Assembly: GCA_024137785.1 (NCBI GenBank)
Contig: JAHRHZ010000017.1
Span: 10,727,990-10,791,989 of the forward strand
Length of the DNA: 64,000 nt
Source: Ginglymostoma cirratum
Lineage: Eukaryota
Direction: 5' to 3'
Part shown: one piece after another, positions 10,353-22,761 of the stretch
Layout of the letters: every line of letters begins with the position of its first letter
How positions within the stretch are numbered: the stretch's first letter is position 1
Position numbers and translations under genes: made by a program
Notes under the pieces: model-generated
Databases searched by the model: none
What the model was told of the DNA's origin: nothing
The model's input: only the letters and a program-made list of their open reading frames with translations

Positions 10353-12673
10353 ATAATGTAAGCTCATCAGTCTGTTGCACATTGATGGAAACCTAGCATA
10401 TCAGCTCCATATTGATGACTGGTAAATGTTTAAGTGTCAGTGCTACTTGGAAAATTGCTTATTTACCTGTGTAAATATTAAACTGTTGGACACAAGTCTC
10501 TAGCTAAACCATTCAGCTTTAAAAGTTAAGAAATTATGATAAACTTTGTAGTTTAACAGTTTGTATCTGAAAAACCATTCACGCATTTCCGTGTCTTTAT
10601 GAATTTAAATAGTAGGTAAGTGAATGTGTGGAAAGTGAAATTCTTCCGGTAAAGTTTCCAAAATCCAAAGTATTGTCAGTGTGAATAATTGCAAATTTTA
10701 TTGAGAGAGCTTTTCACTGAATTACTTCTTTTACAAATTACTGATTTAGTGCTTAGAAGTAAATAGAATAGCCAGTCTGAGTAGCCCTAAATAGCAGTTA
10801 CAAAATCATTTCGACAAGCACTGTTGACAGTATTAGCCTCTGCCACCTTTTAATTTCAGCTTGGCAGAAGAGAATGAATCCAATTTCAGGGATACAAACA
10901 GCCTTTTAGAGTTTGTGTCATGTAATGTAGAAATGTATAGGTCATTGTATCATAGGCATTTTTAAAAAAAAGTATTAACAAATATTTCAGTGCGAACAAA
11001 TTTCTACGGCCTGGATTTCTAACTTGCCAATGTATGTGATCTTTTTGGTGGCTTTTTCTGTTTAGTAACTTTCCTCAGTGCCCTTGCATGTAGCGCCTTA
11101 ATGCTTTTAGCCTTTCATGTAGATTTTGGGCATAAATTTATAAAATGTAACTTTTCCTATCTGAAGTATTTCATTACCAACTTAAATGTTGCTGCCTGGA
11201 TGGAGTGTGTTAATGAGACTGTCCTGAAGTCCAGTATTGCTAGTTGGCTGCTGATTATTCTTCCTAATGTGCTAGCCTTTCATGTAAAGGTCAGTTTTGA
11301 TTCACTGACCATTCAACTGGTAACTTTAAAATCAACAATCAGTTTAGCACCTTCCAGTGCGTATGAATGTATGCATTTTCTGAATGTTAAAATTCTGTAG
11401 AGGACTCTGAAAAATCTTGTTTAGAAGTAGAAGGCAGATAGGATAACTTTCTAATTATGAATCTGTAACTGTTGAATCTGTAGGAAATAATGTTAAAAAC
11501 ACATCCGAAGAAGTGATTTATATAATAGATCTGTAGGGCTATGACGGGTATAAAATGTAGGTGTTGCTTTTTAATGTTGACCTTAGAACCGATCTATTTT
11601 GAGCCCTTGAATTAATCCTGAGAGCTTTGCCGTAACCACATGTTGAACTGCCACAGCACTGAAATCTAACATGCAGTGTCTACAAGCTCAATTGATTCAA
11701 ACAGAGTTTTAAGCCAACTTCTTGAAAAGCTAACCTGAGCTATTTTGCCCATGGTTAATGTATAGCATCAGTAAGTGTAGCTGCGTACAGTGTAAAAATA
11801 CTCGCTGTTAACTTTTTTAAAAACACGCTTGGAAGGAACAACAATCAAGCCTTAATGTCAACAAGTGCACCTCTACATAGTATAAATTTGGAGTTTAGGC
11901 AGGTGTAGCTTGCAGGTGAATAGCAGCTTTATTTTTTTTAAGTGACTTGGAAACGTTTGGTCAAAAAATACAGTTGATTTTCTTGGATGATTTCCATGGG
12001 GTGAATGATGCAGTCCATGTCCAAACAAAGTAAAAGTAAGAGTATTCTAAATTTTAAGTGTTTTACAAAATGTATTTTCCATGGTTTAAGATGACAACAT
12101 TGGAAAAAAGACTTCTAGTTGTGTGCCTTTTTGAGCAGATTGGCATCAGAAGAAAGAACAAAAGCATAAAGTTACGTGAAGAGATTATGATCAGAATGAC
12201 GTTTGCATTGTGCACTTGAATTGTATCCTAATTGGCAGGTCTTCAGCGATTTGATATTTATTGTAGCATATGAGTATGATGTTGATTAAAATGTGAAAAT
12301 TAAGAAAATGCAAATGGTTTAGTTTTGAATTTATGTAGATATGCTGTGTAATTCTTAGTATATGTTTACAAAAATTACTAACCACCAATCTAATTTAATA
12401 GTCTTATTTCTTGGATAGGCTCAACTACTCTAGACTATTATTTCCCTCATTGCTGGTGGTAACTGCAAAACAGGCTGTTCAGCATATTTGCTGCATAATT
12501 TTCAGTTTGAAATGGACAGCACAAGACCAAGGCTTTGGAGGCAGTTACAGGAGTTTCTTCTGATGGTTGGTTGGAAAGGAAAAAGGCCCTTTTGAAATAG
12601 AGTATTAGAAGTACAAACTAATTGCAAGTGTTTCTGTTTTAGACTGCAAATAGTTTTAATTTTTTTAAACCAG

Positions 12674-12794
12674 GACTCCAACACCACTGATACTTGATCA
12701 AAACTACATTAACACCAAAAATCAAGTGATCAAAGCAGAAAGACGAGTGCTAAAGGAATTGGGATTTTGTGTTCATGTAAAGCATCCACACAAG
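12674..12794 (+). CDS. CCNL1: Cyclin L1 exon 4 (121 nt)
   Basis: CAG acceptor; [40 protein letters not shown]; donor GTAAGT; phase fits exon 3. Confidence 0.97.
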
Positions 12795-12901
12795 GTAAGT
12801 TGGTAGATACTTGAATTTTCTTTTGTATAGAACTGGAAATGTAAGGTTTTTTTTGTTCTTAAAAAAAAAATAACCTGTTTTCCCCCTCTCCTTATTTCTA
12901 G

Positions 12902-12966
12902 ATAATATTTATGTATCTTCAAGTGCTCGAGTGTGAAAGGAATCAAACACTTGTCCAAACTGCCTG
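12902..12966 (+). CDS. CCNL1: Cyclin L1 exon 5 (65 nt)
   Basis: TAG acceptor; IIFMYLQVLECERNQTLVQTA(W); donor GTAAGT. Confidence 0.97.
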
Positions 12967-13259
12967 GTAAGTTGCTTCTTTGACTTGGTAAAGCCATGGA
13001 AACTGTATGTGGAATTGAAATAATGTGTTTAAGATTTGTAGTGTATATCAAATTTAATCAGCTAAAAGTTCTGACTTTTGTATCCGTACAGAATTGGGTG
13101 CACGTTTCAGTGTATGTTTTCAAAGGTGTACATTTGTACCTTAAACTTATGAACATGGTACTGTAATTTCTGCATACTGTTTTCATGGCTTGTTTGTTCA
13201 GTATCATAAAGGAGAACTCAATTTAACTTTGTTCTTTTTTCTACTCTTTTTAATTAAAG

Positions 13260-13284
13260 GGTAGTCCATGATGGTAAGTCATAG
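13260..13284 (+). CDS. CCNL1: CCNL1 alternative premature-stop exon in intron 5, cyclin L1-beta-like; includes a 14-nt micro-exon 13260-13273
   Basis: Long T-tract and AAG acceptor. Reads W-V-V-H-D-G-K-S-stop (TAG 13282-13284). Internal consensus donor ATG|GTAAGT at 13274. Matches the recalled human isoform tail VVHDGKS. Confidence 0.9.
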
Positions 13285-14728
13285 AACTCAAAGAACTCTG
13301 CCCTCTGAACTGCTTCTCAACTTCATGACCTAAGGATGGCCTTTGATTGGCTACCCCTTCAGCCAATCCAGTGCAAGCTCTCATCCGAGACAGCTATTCA
13401 CTGAAGTGGTCACAAAACATCTGGCAACATCATCTAGTTCTGGCGGGGTTTTGAAGGATTTGTATTGACTTCTGGATATTCATCACGTACTTCCAGTAAT
13501 TTAGATTATATATCGAATGTTTCTAGTCAACTAAGTTTTAGAATGTGAAATTTTAAAGCATGTTGAAGAGAAGGACCTAAATCACGTTAATTGCTACAGC
13601 ACACTGTAAATATTTAACTGGTACAGATAGATATTGCAGCATTCTCATTATTCCCAGTTTTAAACTGTTTTACGGGCTGCAATCTAAACTTGATTAGACC
13701 TTCCAACCAAGAATTCTGTGGATGTTTCCTGGATGAACGTAAATTTAGCTCACTGCCTGAGCGTGGTCTGGGTGGAAGGGAAGCAGATGTGGCTTTAGGA
13801 ATCTGACAAGTGAGATTTCTAATGCAATTGCTCCTAATGTTTTTAATTAATCTCTCGTTTTAGTTATTTGGTGTAGTTAGTTTGTAGATTGCTGAGTTAT
13901 TTCTTCACCAGTTCCCTATATACTAATGCAAATTCTTTGATAAATGGGAGGTGCCATTGAATCTATTTGTCTTGCATTCAACACAAGATACTGAATTTCA
14001 AAGGGAACAGCGAATTACACTGAGACAACATATTGCATGTGCTATAAAGTTGGCCTTATCAACAACCTTGTAAATGGAGCACAAGCCATTTGCTTGCTGT
14101 GCCAGCTTGATGTTGAACTCTGGTGCATTAAAACAGTTCCAGCTTATCTCGGTGAGATAATTGCTTACTGAATATTGTGCAAGTTGATGACTGGGATCCC
14201 AGCTGCTATGTTTTAAACTTGTGTTCAGTCTACATCAAATTACACTAGAAGGATAAAGAACATGAAAAAGGTGTGACCGAAAGTGATATTAGTCATTTTA
14301 CACAGTATTGATATGGTTAGTATTCTCTAACAGCGTACGCAAGTAAAATTGAATTTCTGTGTGATGCCAGTTCCATGGATCACATATATTAATTACAGAT
14401 GGATTGTATCAAGCAGCACACCTATTCACTGTCCATACCCCTCCATCCTGTGCTTGGAAAACTGACCACAGTGTCCAACTTCTGATGTGATTATGCATTT
14501 GAGCAGTGCTAATCTGAAGTGCAATTCTTGCCACACTGTCGACCAATTACATATTCAATTCCTCAAGCAATGTGGCTTATGTATAATTGCTTGAAGTTAC
14601 ATGTATTCGTGGAGGGCTTGACCGTCTGCATATGAAATAAGTGGTGTTTACAGTTCCCTGGTGCAGTCTCCAGAGCAGTACCTCGACCATTAAGCTTTGC
14701 CAACCACTTAGCACCCTGTTTGACAGTA

Positions 14729-15008
14729 TCATAGAATCCCTGAAGTGTGGAACAAGGCCATTTGGCCCTGTGAGTCTGCACCAACCCTATGAACAGCACT
14801 CCCCCCTACCATTGCCCCACATTTACCCTGTCTGTTCCGCCTAATCTGCACTACTTTGGACTGTGAGGAAACTAGACTTCTCCGCAAGAACCCACACAGA
14901 CGTGGAAAACTTGCAGACCCCATTCAGGCAGTTACCCAAGACTGAAATTGAACCCAAATTCCTGGCGCTGACAGGCAGCAGTGCTAATCACTAAGGCACT
15001 GTGCCACC
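14729..15008 (-). mobile_element. HE1/V-SINE, near full length
   Basis: Minus strand starts ggtggcacagtg.cttagtgattagcactgctgcc (tRNA head), carries the V-domain gtctgtgtgggttc...cacagtccaaag, and ends gggattctatga. Confidence 0.85.
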
Positions 15009-15636
15009 ATTAAATTGTTATTCCATTTGGTATTCTTTCATCTGTCATGATGCATGCAAACTGAAAGGTTTCATGATCGTGACATTTTCTAGCAATGATT
15101 ACGTTCTACACAACCAAGCAACTATTTTTTCTCCCTCGTCATCACATACAATTTGGCCAGAATTAGAGTTGGATGTAGTATGCAATGTGCAGGCTTATCC
15201 ACAGCATTCTTTTAATCTCAACAGACTTTTTGTTTCTGCTGCTACTCTTTCTGACCTAAACGGTTCAGGTAATAGATTGTGATTTGACCTTTTCCTTTTA
15301 TGGTTGCTCCCAATTGATTGAAGGTGTACCCCCAATCAATAAGAGTTTTTCTTGAGATAATGAGTGTTGCTATTGTGGTCATTGTGAACAATACGTATTA
15401 TTAGTGTTTAAAAAATTTAAATTTAATGTTAGTGTGATAATCTCAATCTGTAATTCAAACTAATCACGACCAAGTCAACTTTCTCTAGGCAAAATGCATG
15501 CTGTGAGTTTACATTGCACCTATGTAGCAAACAATACGTGTTCAGATTGCGGGTATGATCACTGATTAACATGAGCATTGAGATAGTGAGTAGCAGGTGA
15601 ATTGAAAGCTTTAAAAGAAAACCCATGCTTAGACGA

Positions 15637-15968
15637 GGAGGCAATGGCCTCGTGGTATTATTGCTGGACTGTTCATCCAGAGACCCAGATAATGTTCTGG
15701 GGACCTGGCTTTGAATCCCGCCATGGCAGATGGTGGAATTTGAATTCAATAAATGTCTGGAATTAAGGGTCTAACGATGACACTGAATCCATTGTCGATT
15801 GTTAGAAAAACTAATGTCCTTTAGGAAACGAAACTGCCATCCTTACCTGGTCTGGCCTGCATGTGACTCCAGACCCACAGCAATGTGGCTGACGGTTAAC
15901 TGACCTCTGGTCAATTAAGGATGGGCAATAAATGCTACCTGGCCAGCGACACCCTCATCCTGTGAATG
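15637..15968 (+). mobile_element. tRNA-derived SINE with LINE-shared tail
   Basis: A-box-like tggcctcgtgg and B-box-like tttgaatccc; tail ggatgggcaataaatgct...catcctgtgaatg. Related copies at 29335-29652 and 20990-21340. Confidence 0.8.
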
Positions 15969-17312
15969 TCTGTCTTTTTTTAAAATCAATGTGAATTTTC
16001 AGAAATGGACTTGTGCAGTGTAGGACTGAGTGCCCCATAATCTGTACATTTAGACGTGCAAAGGTGTGAAGACATTGAAACTGAGCTTTCTGTATGTGTT
16101 GTAATATCAGATCAAAGCTGGCAGTTATCCTCAGTTTTGAAAATGTTTTGAATAAATGCTTTTGCTTCTGTAGCTCTGATAGATTAAGCATCTTTACCCG
16201 TTCTACTTTTTTTTTGTACACTCTAATGTTATTGCAATGACAGAGGCTTACGACCTGGTTTGTTACTTAAAACGGGTCACTTTACAAGTATAGTTATCCA
16301 CAGAGCTTATATTGAATACTCGCAAAAGATCTGCTAGATGAGTCTCGATGGCATTTTTGTCTTATACAACAGCATGTTTTTGGAGATAAAGTAGAGGCCT
16401 TGTGAGCCCTGTAGTTATTTCTGGATTGATCCACACTTACAAGGCATGATTAACTGAAAATCCCTTTGCTGTCAAGTGGCAGGCACTAAGGCCAGTGGAC
16501 ATTTTTTGATATGTGAATTTGTGCAGTGTATCATAAACATAATCACAGTGGAGCTTTGCAATTATTTATCTTTCTAGTAAGGGATTAGAGTAGGAGCACT
16601 GCACATCCTTTTGTGTTGGAGAGGCTCTTTGCTTTTGTTGAATTGCTTCTGACAGGCCCACACTGAGGATTGACTGTAATTATGTTTGTACTTTGCATGG
16701 TGCCCTGTTGTCTCTCATGATGCATTTTCCCACTGAAGAAACTTGAGAAAAACGTGAGTTAATCTTGATGTTCCATTATGCATTTCCAATAAATATTGAA
16801 TGTAGTGCTGATTAAGTTGGTCCCTTTAATATAAGGTCATTTTGTAGTTGTAATTCATTGTGCCATTGGGAAGTCATGGAGTGTGAGCACACATTATGTA
16901 TTTTTTCTCATCTTTATTGCTCAGTTTCCAGAGCTGCATGTATTCTTCCTGGGGTTCACCTTAATTTGAATGCTGCTTTTCCTTGATAGCTGCCAGAGAA
17001 TGTCAGCTGACTACTTTGGAACATTACATACAGTTTTTATTCAAGTTGTACTTACAGAATCAAAATGTGGCTTTATAATGGTCTGTATTGTATGTTTCAT
17101 GTTTCACATGATGCCTTTAGTATTCTTTTAGTTTTATTTTGTATTCTAAATATCTAAATATTTAATATTTAGATATCTTCAGCGCAGACTTCTAATATAT
17201 CAGAAGACATATTGTTTCAACTAAGAAAAAAGAACAATGTCACGAGTCTCCTTTCTTCTGTAAACTTGAAGTTGATTAATTTCTAATAAATCTTATCTCT
17301 AATGTCTTTCAG

Positions 17313-17412
17313 GAATTACATGAATGACAGTCTACGCACAAGTGTATTTGTCCGATTTAAGCCAGAAACCATAGCATGTGCATGCATCTACCTTGCAGCT
17401 AGAGCTTTACAA
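17313..17412 (+). CDS. CCNL1: Cyclin L1 exon 6 (100 nt)
   Basis: TTTCAG acceptor; (W)[33 protein letters not shown]; donor GTGAGT. Confidence 0.97.
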
Positions 17413-17817
17413 GTGAGTGCAGAGAGATTGATTTAAAAGAAAAAGCATCTGGAAATAGTTACAATTTATTCCCAAATTATTTAGATGGTTAAAGCTTAAT
17501 CAGATCCCGATAATTTGAATCTGAGCTGTCTAATTTTAACACCCAGTTGCATGAATGCCTGATGAAATGCTGATATTTTACCCCATGCTAATCTAAAGGC
17601 AGAGAAGTGCCTGTTTTAGGTCTCAGTGCTTTCCAGATGAGAACTTGATAAATCTAAATGATTCTCCTTTTGTTTATCCCTGAGCAAAACAAAATTACAG
17701 AATGGTTAGGAATCCCCATAATTCGCAATAAATAACTTAACCAATAGACAGTTGTAATCCAGTGTTGTATGGGTTGATGTATTTGGTGTTCCTGAGTTTA
17801 TTTTTTTCTTTACTCAG

Positions 17818-17922
17818 ATTGTTTTACCAAATCGCCCTCATTGGTTTGTGCTATTTGGTGCAAGAGAAGAGGAAATCCAGGATATTTGCATCACGACTTT
17901 GAAACTTTATACCCGAAAGAAG
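17818..17922 (+). CDS. CCNL1: Cyclin L1 exon 7 (105 nt)
   Basis: [35 protein letters not shown]; AG and GTCAGT boundaries. Confidence 0.97.
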
Positions 17923-18047
17923 GTCAGTTAAATATTACTTTAGTTTTGAGAAAATGTTATTGGTAAACATGAGGTCTCTCTAATACATAGTGCTGAATCT
18001 GGTAACTTTTAGTTTCTCTTAAAGTATAGCAAATTATCTCTTAACAG

Positions 18048-18189
18048 CCCAACTACGAGCATGTGGAGAAAGAAGTAGAGAAAAGGAAAGTCGCATTACA
18101 AGAAGCTAAGTTAAAAGCTAAAGGATTGAACCCTGATGGAACTCCTGCACTTTCAACTTTGGGAGGCTTCTCTCCAGGTTCTAAACCCT
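18048..18189 (+). CDS. CCNL1: Cyclin L1 exon 8 (142 nt)
   Basis: PNYEHVEKEVEKRKVALQEAKLKAKGLNPDGTPALSTLGGFSPGSKP, a CCNL1-type rather than CCNL2-type sequence; donor GTAAGT. Confidence 0.97.
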
Positions 18190-19161
18190 GTAAGTATATA
18201 AAATGTAAGGGCATGTTTAGGTATCAAATTTCTTTAATGAAAAACATGCTAATTTTTCATGCTTTCTATCTTTGCACTGGTCTGCTTCTCATTATCATCT
18301 TGCTCCACTGGCTAGACCAAAGTAAGGAACATATATATTCAGCTGAGTTTCTTCCTTTCACGGAGTACTCAGTCTTTCAATTGATTAAGCATCCTCACAG
18401 GGAGACACAAACTGGGTCCCTCATGGCCCTAGGATAAAGTTTCAGAGGAATTCTGAGGTGGTTTGCTGCTGCCCCCATCCCAGCCATGTAGTGTGCAGGC
18501 TGACATAGACATTCCCTGCCACCCATGAACTGATCTCTTGTTTATCAGTAGTAGGTATTCGTAAGACAACAAAGCTCTGAGAGTTGAAGGCTAATGGAAT
18601 AAACCCTGACAGAAAAGGTCTGGAGTTGAATGCATTGTCAGGCTAATATATAATGGTGTAATCTTTCCAGCAGTTGCCACACTTAGCGGAAGGCGGGCAT
18701 TGTGCTTGGCATTCCTTTGATTAAAATGGGATGGTTGAGGTTGGCTGTGATATTTATGCAGCCCATGGTGTTTGTAATTCTTTTACAGGTTTGTGACCTG
18801 GAGAGACCACTTCGCTTTCGTTGCACTGAGTTAATACTACACAGGAGAGAGACTCAATAATTAACCACTGCAGAACAATTAATCTGTGGCAGATTTCTGT
18901 TTAAGACATTAGACGTTGATTAAATATCCAAACACAGCCCAATGAATTCTGGCAGGCTAATTGTCCAGTCCCAGGCTTTTCTGTTGACTTACAAACAGCT
19001 GTTCCAGTTTACTTACTTGGGTGTCCATTTGTAAATTGAGTTTAATAAACATTTTGACTTTTTAGCATTTGAAGTTATTTATATTGCTAAATATTCTTCA
19101 GTATTAACGTGCTGTCTAAAATGCTTGGAATTTCAAATGAAATTAGGTTTTTTGTGTTTAG

Positions 19162-19273
19162 GTTCACCCAGAGAAGCTAAGGCTGAAGACAAGACACCTG
19201 GAATTCAGAATCCTAAAGCAATCAAAAAGGAGCCCGAAGACCGTCAGTTGAACTCCAAAAGCCCGTACAACGG
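19162..19273 (+). CDS. CCNL1: Cyclin L1 exon 9 (112 nt)
   Basis: (C)SPREAKAEDKTPGIQNPKAIKKEPEDRQLNSKSPYN(G); TAG and GTTAGT boundaries. Confidence 0.93.
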
Positions 19274-19601
19274 GTTAGTAATTAAGTATTTCAGTGTATT
19301 TAGAAATGGGAGTTTGAAGTGTCAAAAGGCGACCGAAGTGAGGGGGAAAATTCTCCATCGCAGTCTTGATGGATAAGTGGATGTTAGCACCACCACCAAC
19401 TCCTCCCCCCCCCCGCCCCCCCCCCCCCCGCCCGAATCTTTGAAAGAGCTAATTGTTTAGTGTCACTCCCCACACTTTACATACTATTGCAAATTTTGGT
19501 TATTGAAGTGCTGTTACTGAAAATTGTCACTTTATAGATCTGATATCAGCGCAACCATGTCAGCATAATACTTCAAAAATCCTGTTTCCTAAAATATATA
19601 G

Positions 19602-19694
19602 GCTGAGAAAAGAAAGTAAACAAAGCCGAAACAGTAGGAGTGCCAGTCATTCAAGGTCTCGAACAAGATCAAGGTCCCGTTCACCACGAAGGCA
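19602..19694 (+). CDS. CCNL1: Cyclin L1 exon 10 (93 nt), start of RS domain
   Basis: LRKESKQSRNSRSASHSRSRTRSRSRSPRR; TAG and GTAAGT boundaries; phases fit. Confidence 0.93.
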
Positions 19695-21784
19695 GTAAGT
19701 AATCGTGTCTGATTTAGTGGGTCTAAGAGATTGTAGCTTGTATTATTTGGTGAAATTCCTTATTCCAGGATTAGCATTTTTATAACTCATCTGTTACTGA
19801 AAGTAAATGACTAAGAAATGGGATTTAAAATGCATGAATCCAGTTGCTGTATATGCTATAACTTGATTTTTGGCATTCAGTTATATAGAACAGTATTTAT
19901 TCAGTAATCCAATGCTCGGTATTGTAATTTTATACAGAACTAACCAAGAGTAGTGAGAATAATTGGATCATGTTGCTTAATGTATTTTGCTCCTTTATTC
20001 TGAAATTGTATTCTGCTTGTATAATTAAGCTTCCATGGTAAATGCAAACATGCTCTAATGTCAAAATCTCAACAATAGTGATGATCCTTTACACAAACAC
20101 TTGGTCGAGGTAATAACAGTTATAAGCTTTTTGTTACATTTCTGCTATATAGCACAAAATGTTGACAAGAAATGTATACCAAAGATTTAACACGTTACTT
20201 GATCTGTTGCATTGCTTGTTGTAGGGTATGTAGCCAGTGTATCCTGAGTTATTGAGATAGGGAAAGATTACAGTGACAGTAAGCAGTATTTGGGTGGGAG
20301 GTAAAGAAAAGAGTTTCCTTATCCTTCCTTTCCTGTTCTGAGCATTTAGTTTGATGTATTTACAAGACCTTCTCCTATTTATATATATTTCTCTTAAACT
20401 TTTGCCCCCAATTTTTTTCGGACGCAATATATACATGTATAACATATAGCAGTTGTGCAAGCAGAATATTTAACATTTTATGCACTCTTCTGTATAGTTT
20501 AAAATGTAGCATTTTTAAAGGTATAGTTTAGTAACTAATAAATGTAGGGAAGCAAATACTAAGGTTTGTTTTTAAAAAAAACCTTTTGACTGACGCCGCA
20601 TTCGGGTATACTGTATAATCTGAATTGAGTTTGGGTAAAATTTAAATATGCAAGATTGTGAAGGCATCAAAAGACAATTTAGGTAAATATTAATTGGGAT
20701 TTTTAACTTTAAACCTCATTTCGAACACTAGAAATTAAAGTTAGAGAAAAAATTCAAAAGATGGTGAGCAATTTGTTGGGCACAATAGTGAGATCATATA
20801 AGTAGGATACTCAACTAAAACCTCGAAGGTAAGCATAGTGTGATAAAACATGCATGCCTATTTAAGATTCTTCACATTTTGGGGATGTGCATGAAAATCT
20901 TAAGCTGGTAAAAGTGATAGGGTATTGTTGGATTTCTAGCAATCATTATTGCTCCATTGGCCAAGTTTTGTTTTATTTAGAGGCAAAGCTGTAAAACCAG
21001 CATTTACTCATTTATTGACTATGCCTAATTGCCTTAAATACAACTGAATAGTTTGTTAGGATGCTTGAGGTTAGTTATGAATCACCTGTATTGTTGTGGT
21101 ATGTATTATTGTGGGTATGGAGTCATAGATATACCAAAGCAAATAAGGATAACGAAGTTCCCTTCCTGAGGGGACATGTAGTGAACCAGAGTTTATCTTA
21201 GTTCACGGTTGGCGTTACTGATATTAGTCTTTCGTTTTATTAATTAAATTTAAGTTCCACAGCTGCTGTTGCAGAATTTGAATTGCAGGTCACTTTGCAG
21301 GCCATTAGATTACTATAGTAATGACCACCATGATACTATACCCTACATTCTTTAATTGTCTTTTTATCAAGTTGTAGTAGTAGTGGTGGTAGCCAAATAT
21401 ATCATCCCTTTGTAATTACCCAGAAAAGCTACAAAGTCACAGTGTCCAAATATGAGAAGTCCAATGCCTTTCATAGAAACATCAGATAAAGAGTTTGCAG
21501 GAGCATCACAGCTCCTTGGTAGTACCTGGTTAATGTACACCTGAAGTATGAAGATGGGTAGTGATCAGTAACCTTTCTCTATTATTCCCCATCCTTGTAT
21601 TCAATTCTAAATTAATTGAGGTTAGATATATTGCTAAGGAAGACATAATGAAATTCTGTCCTTGTGTTTACACTTGTTTTTGATGGATTTAGAAGCTCTT
21701 CTCTTAATGAAGCTGAGTCTGTTTTCAGTAATGCTGGTTGTTTGGTTTTGCAATGTTTTTCATTTTTTTTCTGATTTCTTTTAG

Positions 21785-22139
21785 TTACAATAGAAGAAGT
21801 AGATCTGGGACATACAGTTCTCGATCAAGGAGCAGATCCCATAGTCACAGCATGTCCCCTCGTCGACGTCATAATCATGTGTCACCACACATCAAATCAA
21901 AACCTCATCGCAGTGAGGAAACAAAAATTTCTATAAGGCATAGTCACAAAAGGAAGAAATCCCACAGTAGATCCCACAGCCGTAGTAAGTCCAGGGACCG
22001 CTGTGATCTCGTAAAGAAACGACGTCATGAAAAAGAACACCATAGGGATAGACATGAGCGATCGCGTTCTTATGAAAGATCCCATAAAAGTAAACATCAT
22101 AGCAGTAGTCACTCAGGACATAGCAGGCATCGTCGGTAG
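21785..22139 (+). CDS. CCNL1: Cyclin L1 terminal coding exon 11 (RS/His-rich domain)
   Basis: (H)YNRRSRSGTYSSRSRSRSHSHS...HSGHSRHRR stop. The 11 exons sum to 1482 nt = 493 aa plus stop. Confidence 0.96.
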
Positions 22140-22538
22140 ATACTAAGTTAATTTAATTATAATGCCTAAATGTAATTGCGTTCAACATGTAGAATATTGA
22201 CCTGTAAATGATGCTTTTTATAAGTGGTTTGTTTAAAAAGTTACTTGGTTTATGCAAAGATCATTAATGGAAAAACTAATGGAAAAATTTTTGCACATTT
22301 TCAGAAATATAAAAATACTTTATTTGACTGTATAGTTAACCATGGACAAATTTATGTATGCAGAACTTTTCTCTATTCTACAGAATTTGAAAGGAGATTG
22401 CTGTAGACATATACCTTATTTTTATACAATGAAAATGGACACCGGGTATATTTAAATGAGTTCATTTGTTAAAACTGTGGTGATTACTTTGTTAGACTGG
22501 TTTTTAGTCTGCATGTGGTCATACATTTTTTACAGAAA

Positions 22539-22544
22539 AATAAA
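22539..22544 (+). terminator. CCNL1 polyadenylation signal
   Basis: AATAAA 400 nt after the stop, followed by a GT/T-rich tract (tgcttgtgtattgttatttgt). Confidence 0.75.
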
Positions 22545-22618
22545 AAAAACAAATGCTTGTGTATTGTTATTTGTATTAAGTTGAAGTCCAAGAATATTTA
22601 CAGTAAACAAGTAAATTT

Positions 22619-22761
22619 GGTTGAATAAAAACGAAACTGTGGATGCTGTAAATCAGGAAACAAAAGTTCTGAGGAAGGGTTTCCAGACCCGAAACGTTAA
22701 CTTTTTTTCTTCACAGCTGCTGCCAGACCCGCTGAGCTTTATCAGCAATTTCTGTTTTGTT
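22619..22761 (+). mobile_element. Penelope-tail mini-element (second family) with intact minimal hammerhead motif
   Basis: TSD AAGTAAATTT at 22609-22618 and 22762-22771. AAAAGTT-CTGAGGA-A-GGGT-TTCCAG-ACCC-GAAAC-GTT-AACTTTT. Body matches the 3' end of the Penelope copy at 55035-55139. Confidence 0.85.

Noticed and set aside
19405-19433. C-rich run (G-quadruplex potential on the minus strand)
   Set aside because: Simple low-complexity tract with no further support.
5619-21784. Intronic snoRNA or miRNA in CCNL1
   Set aside because: No convincing C/D box pair with terminal stem, H/ACA fold or pre-miRNA hairpin seen outside repeats.
3860-22139. Alternative call as CCNL2
   Set aside because: The exon 8 sequence (KLKAKGLNPDGTPALSTLGGFSP), the C-terminus GHSRHRR and both poison-exon tails are CCNL1-type.
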